Counted from the whole stretch's first letter, positions 11,711 through 24,351 are shown. The stretch is 63,974 bases of DNA, filler included, from Octopus bimaculoides (GCF_001194135.2; 6 parts of 6 records of this genome joined end to end with filler, not necessarily neighbours in it); one strand, 5' to 3'. The notes: a model not told the origin generated them from the letters alone. Made by a program: numbers and translations.

Positions 11711-11747
11711 TCTTTCTGTTGAAGAGCGTAGCTCGAAACGTCAAAGA
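11711..11747 (+). ncRNA. Hammerhead-like motif, U6 variant
   Basis: UCUUU-CUGUUGA-A-GAGC-gua-GCUC-GAAA-CG-UC-AAAGA; helices I and II perfect, GUC triplet. Confidence 0.6.
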
Positions 11748-11835
11748 CTTTCCGTATTCCCGAGCGTCATACTAATATATACTTTTGTTATTTACACCAC
11801 CTGTCCTCGTCTGTTGTTATTATTTGTATATTCTC

Positions 11836-11895
<60 letters not shown>

Positions 11896-12919
11896 TGAAC
11901 AAATTTTCAATAAAACTTTTTGCAAGAAATAAATATTAATAGGAAGAGTATTCTGTTATTGGTGAGCAGAAATGTGGTTGGTGATGCACTACGATCCAAT
12001 ATAATTTTGTTATATAATTTTGTTATATAACACCACATCTTAGTAATTTCCATAAATTAAATTCATATAGAGGGTACTGGTGCACGTAAATATCTGAAAT
12101 GAGGCACATAACATCCTCTTATATGGTAATACCGGGTTAGTATAGGGAGATATGGAAATTATACTACTGCACAAAATTAGCTACCGTTTGTTTAAAATAA
12201 TCTATTGTGAGTGGGGTTTTTTTGCGGGAGAAATCAAAATCTTAGAAAAAATCATTGATAAAACTCCATTCTTTGAGAGTCAGCGCTAAGTTACAAACGG
12301 TTCGATACCACTGCCTTAGAATCATCGATGATCTTTCAATTCACATGCAATTACATATCAAAATTAACGCCAAAGCAGCATCCCATAGGGTAGGTGGTGT
12401 TCCATACAGTACCATATAATACGACTGATCTGAATCTCTACGTGTCATAAGTACAGTTCACATTGCAATAGTGACGACATGACTTGAAGTGGACAGCAAC
12501 TACGCACAGGAAGGAGCCGTGACAACAATAGGTAAATTTCTCCTTACTAACACACTTCGACAACTTTCTTTTCTCTTATGTTGCAATTATTCATCTGATT
12601 TTCCTAACTTTATTTCTGAAGTTGATGCTCTTCTGAACTGCCAAGCTCTCTAATGTAATGGCGCATCATTTTTTCCATTTTTGTTTGTCTATGCCTTCCT
12701 CTAAATACCAAACCTTATATAATCCATTCTCCCAAGAACTGCAGTTCTCTGGCTTTCCACTGGACCACAGTTCCTCTGCTGAGATTGTTGCATAAAATTT
12801 CAGGCTGAACATCATTCATATCAATTCCAAATATCATAGTTATCTTAATAAAGGGTTATAGGCACGGCCTTCTATCCTTGTAGTAATTCTTCTTAATTTT
12901 GACACAATACTAGCAATTA

Positions 12920-13100
12920 TGAGGAGACAAGGGGTCGATTAAATCAACCTCTGTGCTCTGCAGTTACTTATTTTTATCGATCCCAGAAAGAACAAAGATA
13001 AAGTGAACACCAGCGGTATTTGAAATCAGAACGCAAACAAAAGGAAACAATGCAACTAAGCATTTCAACCGACGCGCAAACGATTCTGCCAGCTCGCCGC
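12920..13100 (-). mobile_element. SINE family A, degenerate
   Basis: Ends in AACGATTCTGCCAGCTCGCCGCC (reverse complement of head). Confidence 0.7.
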
Positions 13101-13124
13101 CCGCCTTCATCGTCTTATGAATTA

Positions 13125-13290
13125 ATATTGGTTTCAAATTTTGGCACAAGGCGAGCAATTTCGAAGAGGGGGATAAATCCATTACATGGACCCAGTCGCT
13201 CTGCTGAAAATAATTTTATCGACTCCGAAACCATGCAAGGCAAAGTCGACTTCGGCGGAATTTGAACTCTGAACGTAAAGATGGACGAAA
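13125..13290 (-). mobile_element. SINE family A variant, 5'-truncated
   Basis: GGTTTCAAATTTTGGCACAAGG..GGCAAAGTCGACTTCGGCGGAATTTGAACTC..GAAATACCGC. Confidence 0.8.
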
Positions 13291-15307
13291 TACCGCTTGA
13301 GACAGTTAAAAAGCTATTTCCACCATTCTGAAATACCTTTAGTTTTGGAAATAATATTGGTTTACTCTGTTATAAATCCATAAAGTTATCAACTGAGTTA
13401 TAAAGTTGAGGAATATACATGACAAGTGCTTCCTTATTAACCACCAAGGAGAGAACAAGAAGCCAAATTAGAGGGAGCTTTGAACAGTAAATGTAATATT
13501 GGGACAACGCCGGAAATCTTCAGTACATTAATAAACTCCATTCATGATCTTTGAATTTCTAAGGGAATTTCCATTCACAGAATTTCGTTTGTTTTTCATT
13601 TAAGAATCATCTTATATGAAAAGCACCGTTGAACAAAATTCGCACTGTCAAAAACTAAAGACTGCTATTTTCATACGGGAACCATTTCACAGCAGTTACT
13701 CCACAAATATCTTTGGCAACGGCAAGTTTCTCATGCGCTTGGTTTTACTTTAAAAACGAATGAATACATTGTTGTCGTTGTTGTTGCTTTTTTCCGTATA
13801 TAAAATGATATGGACATAGTTTTATCATGGCTACCGAATAATTGTCACATATTATTTACAGATAAATACCTTTATTTAAATAATATCGAGGTCTCTTTCT
13901 TTCTTTTGTTGTCTTTTCTTTCAATATATATATNNNNNNNNNNNNNNNNNNNNNNNNNNNNNNNNNNNNNNNNNNNNNNNNNNNNNNNNNNNNNNNNNNN
14001 NNNNNNNNNNNNNNNNNNNNNNNNNNNNNNNNNNNNNNNNNNNNNNNNNNNNNNNNNNNNNNNNNNNNNNNNNNNNNNNNNNNNNNNNNNNNNNNNNNNN
14101 NNNNNNNNNNNNNNNNNNNNNNNNNNNNNNNNNNNNNNNNNNNNNNNNNNNNNNNNNNNNNNNNNNNNNNNNNNNNNNNNNNNNNNNNNNNNNNNNNNNN
14201 NNNNNNNNNNNNNNNNNNNNNNNNNNNNNNNNNNNNNNNNNNNNNNNNNNNNNNNNNNNNNNNNNNNNNNNNNNNNNNNNNNNNNNNNNNNNNNNNNNNN
14301 NNNNNNNNNNNNNNNNNNNNNNNNNNNNNNNNNNNNNNNNNNNNNNNNNNNNNNNNNNNNNNNNNNNNNNNNNNNNNNNNNNNNNNNNNNNNNNNNNNNN
14401 NNNNNNNNNNNNNNNNNNNNNNNNNNNNNNNNNNNNNNNNNNNNNNNNNNNNNNNNNNNNNNNNNNNNNNNNNNNNNNNNNNNNNNNNNNNNNNNNNNNN
14501 NNNNNNNNNNNNNNNNNNNNNNNNNNNNNNNNNNNNNNNNNNNNNNNNNNNNNNNNNNNNNNNNNNNNNNNNNNNNNNNNNNNNNNNNNNNNNNNNNNNN
14601 NNNNNNNNNNNNNNNNNNNNNNNNNNNNNNNNNNNNNNNNNNNNNNNNNNNNNNNNNNNNNNNNNNNNNNNNNNNNNNNNNNNNNNNNNNNNNNNNNNNN
14701 NNNNNNNNNNNNNNNNNNNNNNNNNNNNNNNNNNNNNNNNNNNNNNNNNNNNNNNNNNNNNNNNNNNNNNNNNNNNNNNNNNNNNNNNNNNNNNNNNNNN
14801 NNNNNNNNNNNNNNNNNNNNNNNNNNNNNNNNNNNNNNNNNNNNNNNNNNNNNNNNNNNNNNNNNNNNNNNNNNNNNNNNNNNNNNNNNNNNCAATTGTG
14901 GAAATATTTAGAAAGTTATTTGCTTTGACGTGACACTTTCTTATCGGAAAGTTTCCTGACAACCACTACTAAATACTTTGAAGGAGTCTCCTTTTTTTTT
15001 TCTTTCTTTTTTCTTGATTTTTGAAAGCAACGTTTCCAGCTTCGGAAATTTTGTCACTTTGAAGAAATTGTGAAGTGTTTGTTGTATACATAAAGATTGA
15101 AGAAAATATGGTATGTAATATCTTTTAATATTTCTATCGTAGTACAAACGGTATTGGTTCTAAAAGAAACGTACTTGGGTGGTTTATTTTAATATCTTCT
15201 TCCTGTAGCATTAGGATGTGAGGCTAATGTACTAGATAGAACTGATTACTGTAACAGAAATCTACGCAAGTTAGCCTTTTAGAGAAACCCGATAACTTCT
15301 ATCGTGT

Positions 15308-15510
15308 ATTTGTTCCAGCTATTGCACTGCGACCATACTGGGGCACCACTTCGAAGAGGTTGAGTCGAGTAAATCGACCACATTATTAATTTACTATATT
15401 TTTCTACTCTGGTACTGGTTCTATCGGTTTTGTATGACGACTCACTATATTACGGGGACGTAAACAAAACAACACTGGTTGTCAAGAATCGGTGGGGACA
15501 AACATGGATA
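15308..15510 (-). mobile_element. SINE family B, degenerate 3' half
   Basis: CTGCGACCATACTGGGGCACC..TTACGGGGACGTAAACAAAAC..GGTTGTCAAG. Confidence 0.65.
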
Positions 15511-15618
15511 CGCACACACACACCCACACCCACACATACACATGGACATATTTATAAATTTAAATTACCGAATTCATTATTCTCAGTCATTTTCATTAAT
15601 ATCTATTATCATTTAGGT

Positions 15619-15950
15619 CTTTCAGTCATTATACTGCGGCCATGCTAGATCACTGCCTTGAATAATTTTTAGTCGAACGAATCGGTCCTGGTAACATGTT
15701 TTTAAAGCTTGATACTTATTCTATCAATCTCGTTTGCTGAACCGCTAGAACGGGAACATAAACAAACCAACAATGGTTGTCATGCAGTGAGGAGGAAGAC
15801 AACGACAGAAAGACACACAAACACACACACACACATATATATATACGTCGAGCTTCTTTCAGTTTCCGTCTACCAAATCCATTCACAAGGCTTCGCACAG
15901 CCCAAAGCTATAGTAAAATCTACGCACCCAAGCTGCCACGCAGTGGGAAT
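15619..15950 (-). mobile_element. SINE family B, near full length
   Basis: TTTCAGTCATTATACTGCGGCCATGC..GCTTCTTTCAGTTTCCGTCTACCAAATCC..GCCACGCAGTGGGA. Confidence 0.8.
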
Positions 15951-16061
15951 ATTATACCCGTGAGGTTTGGATATAGACTACGCTGTAACAGTCTTTTAAC
16001 ACTACATAAACTAAACCAGCAACAAACACGTAACCAACTTATATCTTATATATATAAAAAA

Positions 16062-16296
16062 TGTTAGCACGCCGGGCAAAATGCTTAACGATATTCCTTC
16101 TGTCTTTATGTTCTGAGTTCAAATTCCGCCGAGATCGAATTTGCCTTCCATCCTTTCGGGATCGATAAATTAAGTACCAGTTGTATATTGGTTCACATTC
16201 GACCTCGGCAGAATTTGAACTCAGAACATAAAGACAGAAGAAATACCGCTAAGAATTTCGCCCGACGTGCTAACGTTTCTGCCAGCTCACCGCCTT
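16062..16296. mobile_element. Two partial family A SINEs in inverted orientation (+ 16062-16190, - 16195-16296)
   Basis: GTTAGCACGCCGGGCAAAATGC..GTTCTGAGTTCAAATTCCGCCGAG followed by CTCGGCAGAATTTGAACTCAGAAC..GTGCTAACGTTTCTGCCAGCTCACCGCCTT. Confidence 0.85.
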
Positions 16297-16705
16297 GGTG
16301 TAACGCGTAAAATACTAACTTCCATAATAATTTATAAGTAAAAGCAAGCTAGAAATATTTTATTAAGTTTTAGAAACTGTGAAATGATCGAAAATGATTT
16401 ATTATTCAATAAGATATTTTAATGTTTAATAGTAATCTGTACACTGTGATTTGCTTTTGTTTTGGTGAGAGTTAAGACCTTTTTTGTTTGTTTTTCTATT
16501 GAACCATTTCATTTATTTTAAACCTAAATATAATGCTGGCAGTTAAAGATTTTACTCACCAACGCGATAAATATAATAAATATTATATGACCAGATACCC
16601 ATTAAAAATGTCACCGCTTAAAAATCGAAGATGCATTAATGCAATGTATGGGTTTGTTCGTCCTTTCTCTTTCAGACTATGTAGAGTCAATGGTTACTAA
16701 CGATA

Positions 16706-17088
16706 GGGCGCAATGGCCTAGTGGTTAGGGTAGTAGAGTCGCGGACGTAGGATTGTGGCTTCGATTCCCAAACCGGGCGTTGTGAGTGCATATTGCGCGA
16801 AAACACCTAAAGCACCACGAGGCCCCGGCAAGGGGTGGTGGCGAACGAACACTGCTGTATTATTTCACCACGGTTAGCTCTCACTCTTTCTTCCTGTTTC
16901 TGTTGTACCTGTACTACAAAGGAGCCAACCTTGTCACACTTTATGTCACGCTGGATCTCCCCGAGAACTACGTTAAGGGTACACGTGTCTGTGGAGTGTT
17001 CAACCACTTTCACGTTAATTTCATGAGCAGGCTGTTCCGTTGAGCAGATCAGCTGGAACTCTCGTCTTCATAACCGACGGAGTGCCAC
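16706..17088 (+). mobile_element. tRNA-derived SINE, family C (full length; probably tRNA-Arg-related)
   Basis: GGGCGCAATGGCCTAGTGGTTAGGG..GCTTCGATTCCC head; ends AACCGACGGAGTGCCAC; homologous to 25225-25605 and 36022-36401. May correspond to the octopus OR-type SINEs (from memory, unverified). Confidence 0.85.
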
Positions 17089-17204
17089 GACTCCAATATA
17101 CAGTGATAGGTGCGTTATGCAAACTAGTGGTAAATGTTGGGAAAGTAGTGGCAACCATAAGGTTTCGATTTAAGTCTTTAAATTTTAACCATTTCATTAC
17201 TGTA

Positions 17205-17254
17205 GAGGCGCAATGGCCCAATGGTTAGGGCAGTGGACTCGCGATCGGAGGATC
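17205..17254 (+). mobile_element. SINE family C head running into gap
   Basis: GAGGCGCAATGGCCCAATGGTTAGGGCAGTGGACTCGCGATCG. Confidence 0.8.
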
Positions 17255-17723
17255 NNNNNNNNNNNNNNNNNNNNNNNNNNNNNNNNNNNNNNNNNNNNNN
17301 NNNNNNNNNNNNNNNNNNNNNNNNNNNNNNNNNNNNNNNNNNNNNNNNNNNNNNNNNNNNNNNNNNNNNNNNNNNNNNNNNNNNNNNNNNNNNNNNNNNN
17401 NNNNNNNNNNNNNNNNNNNNNNNNNNNNNNNNNNNNNNNNNNNNNNNNNNNNNNNNNNNNNNNNNNNNNNNNNNNNNNNNNNNNNNNNNNNNNNNNNNNN
17501 NNNNNNNNNNNNNNNNNNNNNNNNNNNNNNNNNNNNNNNNNNNNNNNNNNNNNNNNNNNNNNNNNNNNNNNNNNNNNNNNNNNNNNNNNNNNNNNNNNNN
17601 NNNNNNNNNNNNNNNNNNNNNNNNNNNNNNNNNNNNNNNNNNNNNNNNNNNNNNNNNNNNNNNNNNNNNNNNNNNNNNNNNNNNNNNNNNNNNNNNNNNN
17701 NNNNNNNNNNNNNNNNNNNNNNN

Positions 17724-17900
17724 ATATATATATATATATACGACGGGCTTCTTTCAGTTTCTGTCTACCAAATCCACTCACAAGGCTTTGGTCGGCCCGA
17801 AGCTCTACTGGTAGACACTTGCCCAGGGTGCCACGCGGTGGGACTGAACCCAGCACCATGTGGTTGGTAAACAAGCTACTTATCACACAGCCACTCCTGC
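17724..17900 (-). mobile_element. SINE family B 5' half
   Basis: TACGACGGGCTTCTTTCAGTTT..GACACTTGCCCAGGGTGCCACGC..CACACAGCCACTCCTGC. Confidence 0.85.
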
Positions 17901-20799
17901 ATAAACCGTTAACAATAAAAGCAATTTCACTATACAACTAAAGCTGTTTTCATGTACTGAAAGCATTAAACAGTAAATATTCCTAAAACTCATTTGACCA
18001 TTTCAAACTGATATTACTGTGGTCTCCTTTAAATCGATCTTTGTGATCTTCATAATAAATCAGAATATTAATTTAGAAATAAATGTTGGGGCTCGATTAG
18101 GTAATAATTTAGAAATAAATACTGCGGTCAATTCATCTGACTAAAATTACTTCAAGCCGTTGCCCCAGCATGACCGCAATTTTCTGACTGAAGCAAATAA
18201 AAGATAATAGATAACGATGAAGGTATGTGACAAGATTATAACATCACACAAGCCCCTTGTTACCCTCAAATCCATGCCATTACTACATACTTATTCAATA
18301 GTTCTGTCCGAGACTGGTTTCAACCGCTGCCATTATAGCTAAGATTTTGTTGTTTGTTCTTACATTAAGTAATTTCATCTAATCTGTTCAGAATTTATAA
18401 CCCCTACGACGATCACGAAGTTCACCTCGTACGTAGCGCCCCAGCTCTGACAGTATTAAATTTTGATCCTTTTAATATTTTTCGGAATGGGAACAATCTA
18501 TTATTCAAACTGTATGGATTTTGTTGTTACTTATCCTATGAATACTTGAATTATTGATGATTTCAAAACATAAAGGCATTAACTAAACACCACAAGGAGT
18601 CTCGTTTCATTCTGTCATCCATTCAACTTTCCTTGTATATTATAAGACAAAATATTTATACTTCTCAGTGCCAAATAAAGTGTGCCAAATGGCGTTTTAT
18701 ATACTCGCAAACAGAAGAAATAAAGACACTTCAATGAGCTTAGCACGATTAATACTTATATTCAATTGTTAAAGATTGATAGCTGAATTGATAGAAGAGA
18801 AAGGGTTGCAAACTGTTACTAAATTTCTAGATCCGGGTGACGACATGAAAAATGAAATAAAAATTACATGAAGCCAGCCAGTTAATGGCTGAAAAAGTAT
18901 TTTAGTGATATTTCCAAACGGCGCGTTCATTTCTTTCTTTCTCTAATTTCTATATTTATCTCCATTTTTTATTTTTATTTCAACCAAGTTTCTATTATAT
19001 TTCTCTCATTTTCATTAAGTATTTCCACTATTTATCCTCTCAACTTATTCCTTTCCATTGCTTCTTCTCATCTCCTATCTCTTTTTTTTCTTCTATTATG
19101 ACGTTCCAGTAACCTGTGTCATATTTGGTTATTAGATTAGATAGCACCTAAATAAATATCTCTAGCATAGGATCTATGTCTTATAATCTCATTCACCCCT
19201 CTTCGCCTTAATTCTTTTTGCTTCTCACGTTTATGGAAACACTCTCAGGGTTAGAGTTATTACTGTCTGTTTTATATTTATTATGTTCATACCACTTTAG
19301 TCCATTTTATTTAATTGTCAACAATTCGGTTTTAGCTTGAGTATTTGCTAATAAAATTTCACAAGAAAATTTGCTAATAAAATCTTACCGAGAACATCGA
19401 CTGATAAAATTTTCCTTCAAACAATTCTATCATTTAGAGGTTTTGGATATTTGGTTCCCGAAATTGCATTCCAGCAATTACTGTTCCAGTCAATGAACTT
19501 AGAAAGCTTTACTTATTTATGTTGTTGCTATTGTTGTTGATGTTGATGTTATTGCTTTTATTCACACCATTTTTGTTAAATTCTTGTACATAAAGACGTT
19601 CCGAATGCTTTCGCAGAGTGCCACACGAGTGACTCTTTTCATCTTCGTCCGCATCCAAATTTTACTGAGTAATTAAGACTTTGGGGCATATAAAACCCGC
19701 TTTTAAAACTTTTATCGAATCTACATTTAACTCCATTTCTGTGTAGAGAAATAGAAAGGTAGTTGATGCAATAAAATCAATATGGTTTCGTTCTGTACAT
19801 AGACTAGCAAACAGCTACCGTTAGAGAGAATGATTGCTTCTGTTTTACTTGAGAAAATATCAATGGTAGATAAACATAAATAAAAGCAAAAACAACTAAG
19901 CTAAGAACATATAAATGAATCAATGATTAAAACTTAAACATTCCTTTCAAAATGTCTTTGGTCTTTTCATGAATATGCTCTGGTGAGTAATTTCCGAAAT
20001 TTTCTTTCATTTCATTAGCAATACTCGTTCTTAAAACTTATACCTCGGATTGTGTTACTTTGTTAAAGAACGCAGAGCGCGTGTTCACCTTCAGAGCCTT
20101 CCTTTCAGTGTTAGAACCACATTGTAGGAGAAACTTCAATCGTAAACAGAATATATAATCCTGCATCCTTAGTCATGTGATCAAATTCAGAGAGGAAAAA
20201 GAGGAAAAGAAGCATTGCATTTCGCAAATTTATTTATTCTGATAATAATGATTATAATATATGATAGGAGTCACTTAAGAATACCTCTGCTTAAATGTGT
20301 TCCCTTTACACTGAAACGGATCGTTGGACACATAGTATATACCACTGATTCTGTAACGATAGCGGTATGGGTGGAAGGCATAGATAAGTGGGAACAACAT
20401 GTTCTGTTTAATATAACCCTATCACGTCATGACACAGTATTATCATTAGTCCCACGATGAGTGCTTTGTTGTAACTTGTTAACATAACAACTAGGTCTGT
20501 TTTAACAGCACAAATACGCTATCATTACACGCCAAAGGAACCACATTGTACCTCTCATTTCCTACCGACGAATAACAAACAAAACTTTCAAACTTGCCTC
20601 AGTTACTCAATCTCACATTCTTTGAAAGTGACCGCCCTTGACAACACATGTACAGGTCATATTTCCATCCGTCAGGATTCCACACAATTTGTTTTTACCC
20701 ACTTTCGCTCACAAAGCTTAGGTTAACCTGAATCTTTGGTAAAAAAAAAAAAAAACAATTGTCCGACAGTCTAAATAACGGGATCAAAATGCCGCCATA

Positions 20800-22540
20800 C
20801 TAGTACGTCTCCACCCACTGACAGAAGGCAGGGCAACCAGATTTCTTCTAGTATCTAGAGATTTTCCAAGGAACGACCCGATCTTTAGTGTTAGTGGGCA
20901 ATTGGAATGCCATCTTAGATGCACGCCTGGAGTTTGTGAAGCTAACTGACAGGAGAAGGAGGGGCAAAACCTTGTGAACCTATTCGAATCTTTCCACCTT
21001 TCTGACAGGTACAGATTGGATTTCTCAAATGCGAGATGTGGACATGGGCAAACAGAAACATGTCACCCAGATTGCATCTAGAAGGAATATTTTGTAGGCT
21101 AATAGACAGGCATAGCATAGGGTGTCCACAATTCAAACTCGTCGATTACACAGACCACAAATTTGGGGGTTTTACGGTCGACCTAGACAGGCTGCAAAGG
21201 CAGGAATCCGGTTACTTGAAAAAACTGAATGCATCTTTCCCAGAACATCAAGATTACAGAGATAGGATTCCAAAACTAGTTAAGCAGGAGTTCACAGGTG
21301 CAATCGTCAACAACCTATGGTTGTTAGCTCTGGAAAGGACTATTAGTTTAGATACGATAAGATTTAGAAGGAAATAGCGATGGGGGTGAACTATTTAGGA
21401 TTCTAGAGAAGAGGTGCTTACAAAAGACATTGTAACTGACGTGTTGGCACGAGATTAGTGTGCTTAAAACATAAGAGATTGAAAGCAGTTCCATGGTTCC
21501 AGGTTACAGGTTCGCAATGTGGCAACAAGGCTACAATTTGATATTTGACGGCTGGTGAGGGGTTCATAGTATTCGATTCTAAACAGATGCGTGTGATTTT
21601 TCTTGGGCACTTTGCAGAATTGATTCGTATGGGTGATGGATCAGAGACTGGAAAGAACTTAACCACCTATCTCAATTGTCTGCCCTGGTTTGCGACGAGG
21701 GATGCGGACTACTATGAAAGGCCCACAAAAGCGAATAAAGTACGGAAAACGATGTCTAGGTGCGTGAGGCAGAAATCCCCGAAGCTGAATAATATGCAAT
21801 TCTACGAGCTTGATCTTCACATGCCAGACTTATTCTCTTATTCTGGCAGCAGAATAAGAGAACTATCTGTTCTGTGAAACGAAGTGTAGTGCTCAGAAAG
21901 GACACGAACAAGGATCTTGATTAATTGAGATCAGTCGAAATCTGTCCATAAGGTTTGCAATCAATACTTAGCGTCTGCCCTCACGGCGGTTGGTTTCGAT
22001 CTCGTCTTCAGAGCGTTGATTCCTGAAGTGTACAGCGACATCAGTTCGATGGTCGGAGTAAATGGCAATCTATCAGAACTGTTCAGTACCATGATTTCGG
22101 CCCGTTAATATTTTCCCCTCTCGTCCCTTCTATACATTTTTTGTCGCTCGAGCATCTACAGGAGAAACTGAAGATTCTGAAGAGCATCTCACATGACCTA
22201 AGACGTGGGAATGCTGTGTCAACAATGTCACCGTAATAGAGTCGAGCATCAGACACATCCAGGTGATCTGTACCTCCCTGATGGACGAAGTACGAAGCAA
22301 CGAGAGGAGTAATAGTTAACTAAGAAAAGTCGATGGGGCCTAAAGCTCAGCACCTGGAAAGGCAGGTCTATGCTGCCCAACAACAACGTGGGGATTTTGA
22401 CCGACGGGTGAACCTGTTCAATTTTTCGATGTCGGGTTAGATCCAGACTTACAGATGGAAAAGAACTAGACTAAGGTGATGGTCATGGGTAAACAGTCTC
22501 ACCCAGAAATGGGCTGTGACTAAGCTGTCCTTGAAAGATA
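20800..22540 (+). mobile_element. Decayed L1/Tx1-like LINE ORF2 (APE endonuclease to reverse transcriptase)
   Basis: Hand translation across stops/frameshifts: LVLVGNWNAILD, MWTWAN, YTDHK, GYLKKLNAS (EN); QKSPKL..FYELDLHMPDLF, YSDISSMVGVNGNLSELF, CVNNVTVI (decayed YADDV), KYEATRG..EKSMG, DPDLQMEKN (RT). Confidence 0.85.
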
Positions 22541-22639
22541 CAGCGGTAGTGGCGAATGTCAAGCACTTACAACTCTCTGACATTTGAGCAATGCGTCTGG
22601 TTGCTGCTACATTATGGCATTCTTGTGGGGATTAATAAG

Positions 22640-22854
22640 AAGGCGGCGAGATGGCAGAAACGTTAGCACGTCGGGCGAAATGCTTGGTGGTATTTCGTAT
22701 GTTTTTTACGTTCTGAGTTCAAATTCCGCCGAGGTCGACTTTGTTTTTCATCCTTTCGAAATCGATATACCAAGTACCAGTGAAACACTGAATGTCGATG
22801 TAATCGACTAGTGCCCGCTCGCAAAATATCGAGCTTGTGCTGTTAGTAGAAAGG
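22640..22854 (+). mobile_element. SINE family A (full length)
   Basis: AAGGCGGCGAGATGGCAGAAACGTTAGCACG..GAGTTCAAATTCCGCCGAGGTCGAC..TAGTAGAAAGG. Confidence 0.9.
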
Positions 22855-22898
22855 ATTATCATTATTACCTTCATTATAATCATCATCATCATCATTTA

Positions 22899-23101
22899 AG
22901 TGGTCAGCTGGTAGAATCGCTAACACGCCGGGAAAAATGCTTAGCTTCATTCCATCCGTCTTTATGTTCTGTGTTCGAATTTCACTGAGGTCGACTTTGT
23001 CTTTCATCCTATCGGAGTCGATAAAATGAGTACCATTTTAGTAGCGGAGTCAATGTCATTGACTTACCACCTCTCCCAAAATTGCTGGCCCTGTGCCAAT
23101 G
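22899..23101 (+). mobile_element. SINE family A variant, tandem to previous copy
   Basis: AGCTGGTAGAATCGCTAACACGCCGGG..GAGGTCGACTTTGTCTTTCATCC..AAATTGCTGGCCCTGTGCCAA. Confidence 0.85.
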
Positions 23102-24289
23102 TCTTAAATCATTCTCATTATCTTATCTTGCCTGGAAATCATGTTTACGCATCGTTCCCATTTGGACATAATTTTATTATTTTTTTTTATCACCGTTAGA
23201 TGTTTACTTCTGTGTCTTATTACGCAGACCCCGTGTATGCAAATGTCAGAAATTTAGATTATTATTTTTTTCCAGTTTGGAAAAATGAGATATCTTTGAA
23301 TATTATATTATTTTCCTTGCATTCGTTGAAAATTTTCACGACATACAGAGACAACCCTCAACAAAGAAATATTTTGAAAATAAAGAATACTTCAGAGAAA
23401 GAAAAAACAAAACTCAAAAACAATACAGAAGTATGTTTTCTAGCAAGACATACAGACTTTAAAAGAAAATGATAATAATTCTATTTTTTATGTGAACAAT
23501 GACACTAGAACGTACGACTATGTTGACTTCTTTGACAACAGCAACAAGAACAAAAGCAACGAGCACATCACTGAAACACATATATTTTGCAAAAATAATA
23601 ACACTACCAACGGAGTTAATAACAATGGAACCAGTCTTCTTAACATTACTTGCCTCAGGCAGATTTAAACACGGAACGAATTCAATCAAAGAAGAGGCGT
23701 GGCAGCAAAGTGTTACAAAAGTGTTTATATTTTTGCCTGAAGACATACCGAAGAATCGGCGAAAAATTTTACATAAATCTGCCTCTCGAAAATTAGGCGA
23801 TCGTTCAGCAGGCGTTCACAAGAATATTTAAATAAAAGCATGTCCAGTGTGTATATGTGTGTGTGTGTGCCGCGTGAAGCCGTGTTTTAACTATTGACCG
23901 CTGTCGGAGTTACGAGAGTGGTCTCCAGGTTTTTCCATATAGAAATCGGAGCGATGTGTCCAGCTGAATTGGTGTGCTTCACACCTGCCCTGTACCTGTA
24001 TGACAATACGTGGGGCAATTAAACGATAGTAAAGGTCGATGAAGGAAGACTCTCACTGCGGCGGACGCCATTGTCTGAACAGCGCCAACGTCAGCTACAA
24101 AGGCAGCGACGGCGTCAACTGCGACGGTAGCACCAACATCAGCAACAACAGCAGAAGTACCTACCTTAGCAACGGAAACACCCACAGCAACATCAGCAGC
24201 AAACACTGATACGACAAAACGAGAGCACAATAAAAACAACAGCATCACTACCTGAAGAGACCTTCTCTACTCCAGGTCACCCGACTACT

Positions 24290-24351
<62 letters not shown>

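Larger units (their letters stand above)
11484..11805. mobile_element. Fold-back element, probably Penelope-derived, with ~95-nt inverted arms
   Basis: 11484-11578 aligns to reverse complement of 11711-11805 at ~80% (hand alignment); each arm contains a hammerhead-like motif. Confidence 0.75.

Noticed and set aside
12470-12540. Exon-like stretch ending AG|GTAAAT
   Set aside because: Stops in all plus frames from the plausible acceptors and no recognisable product
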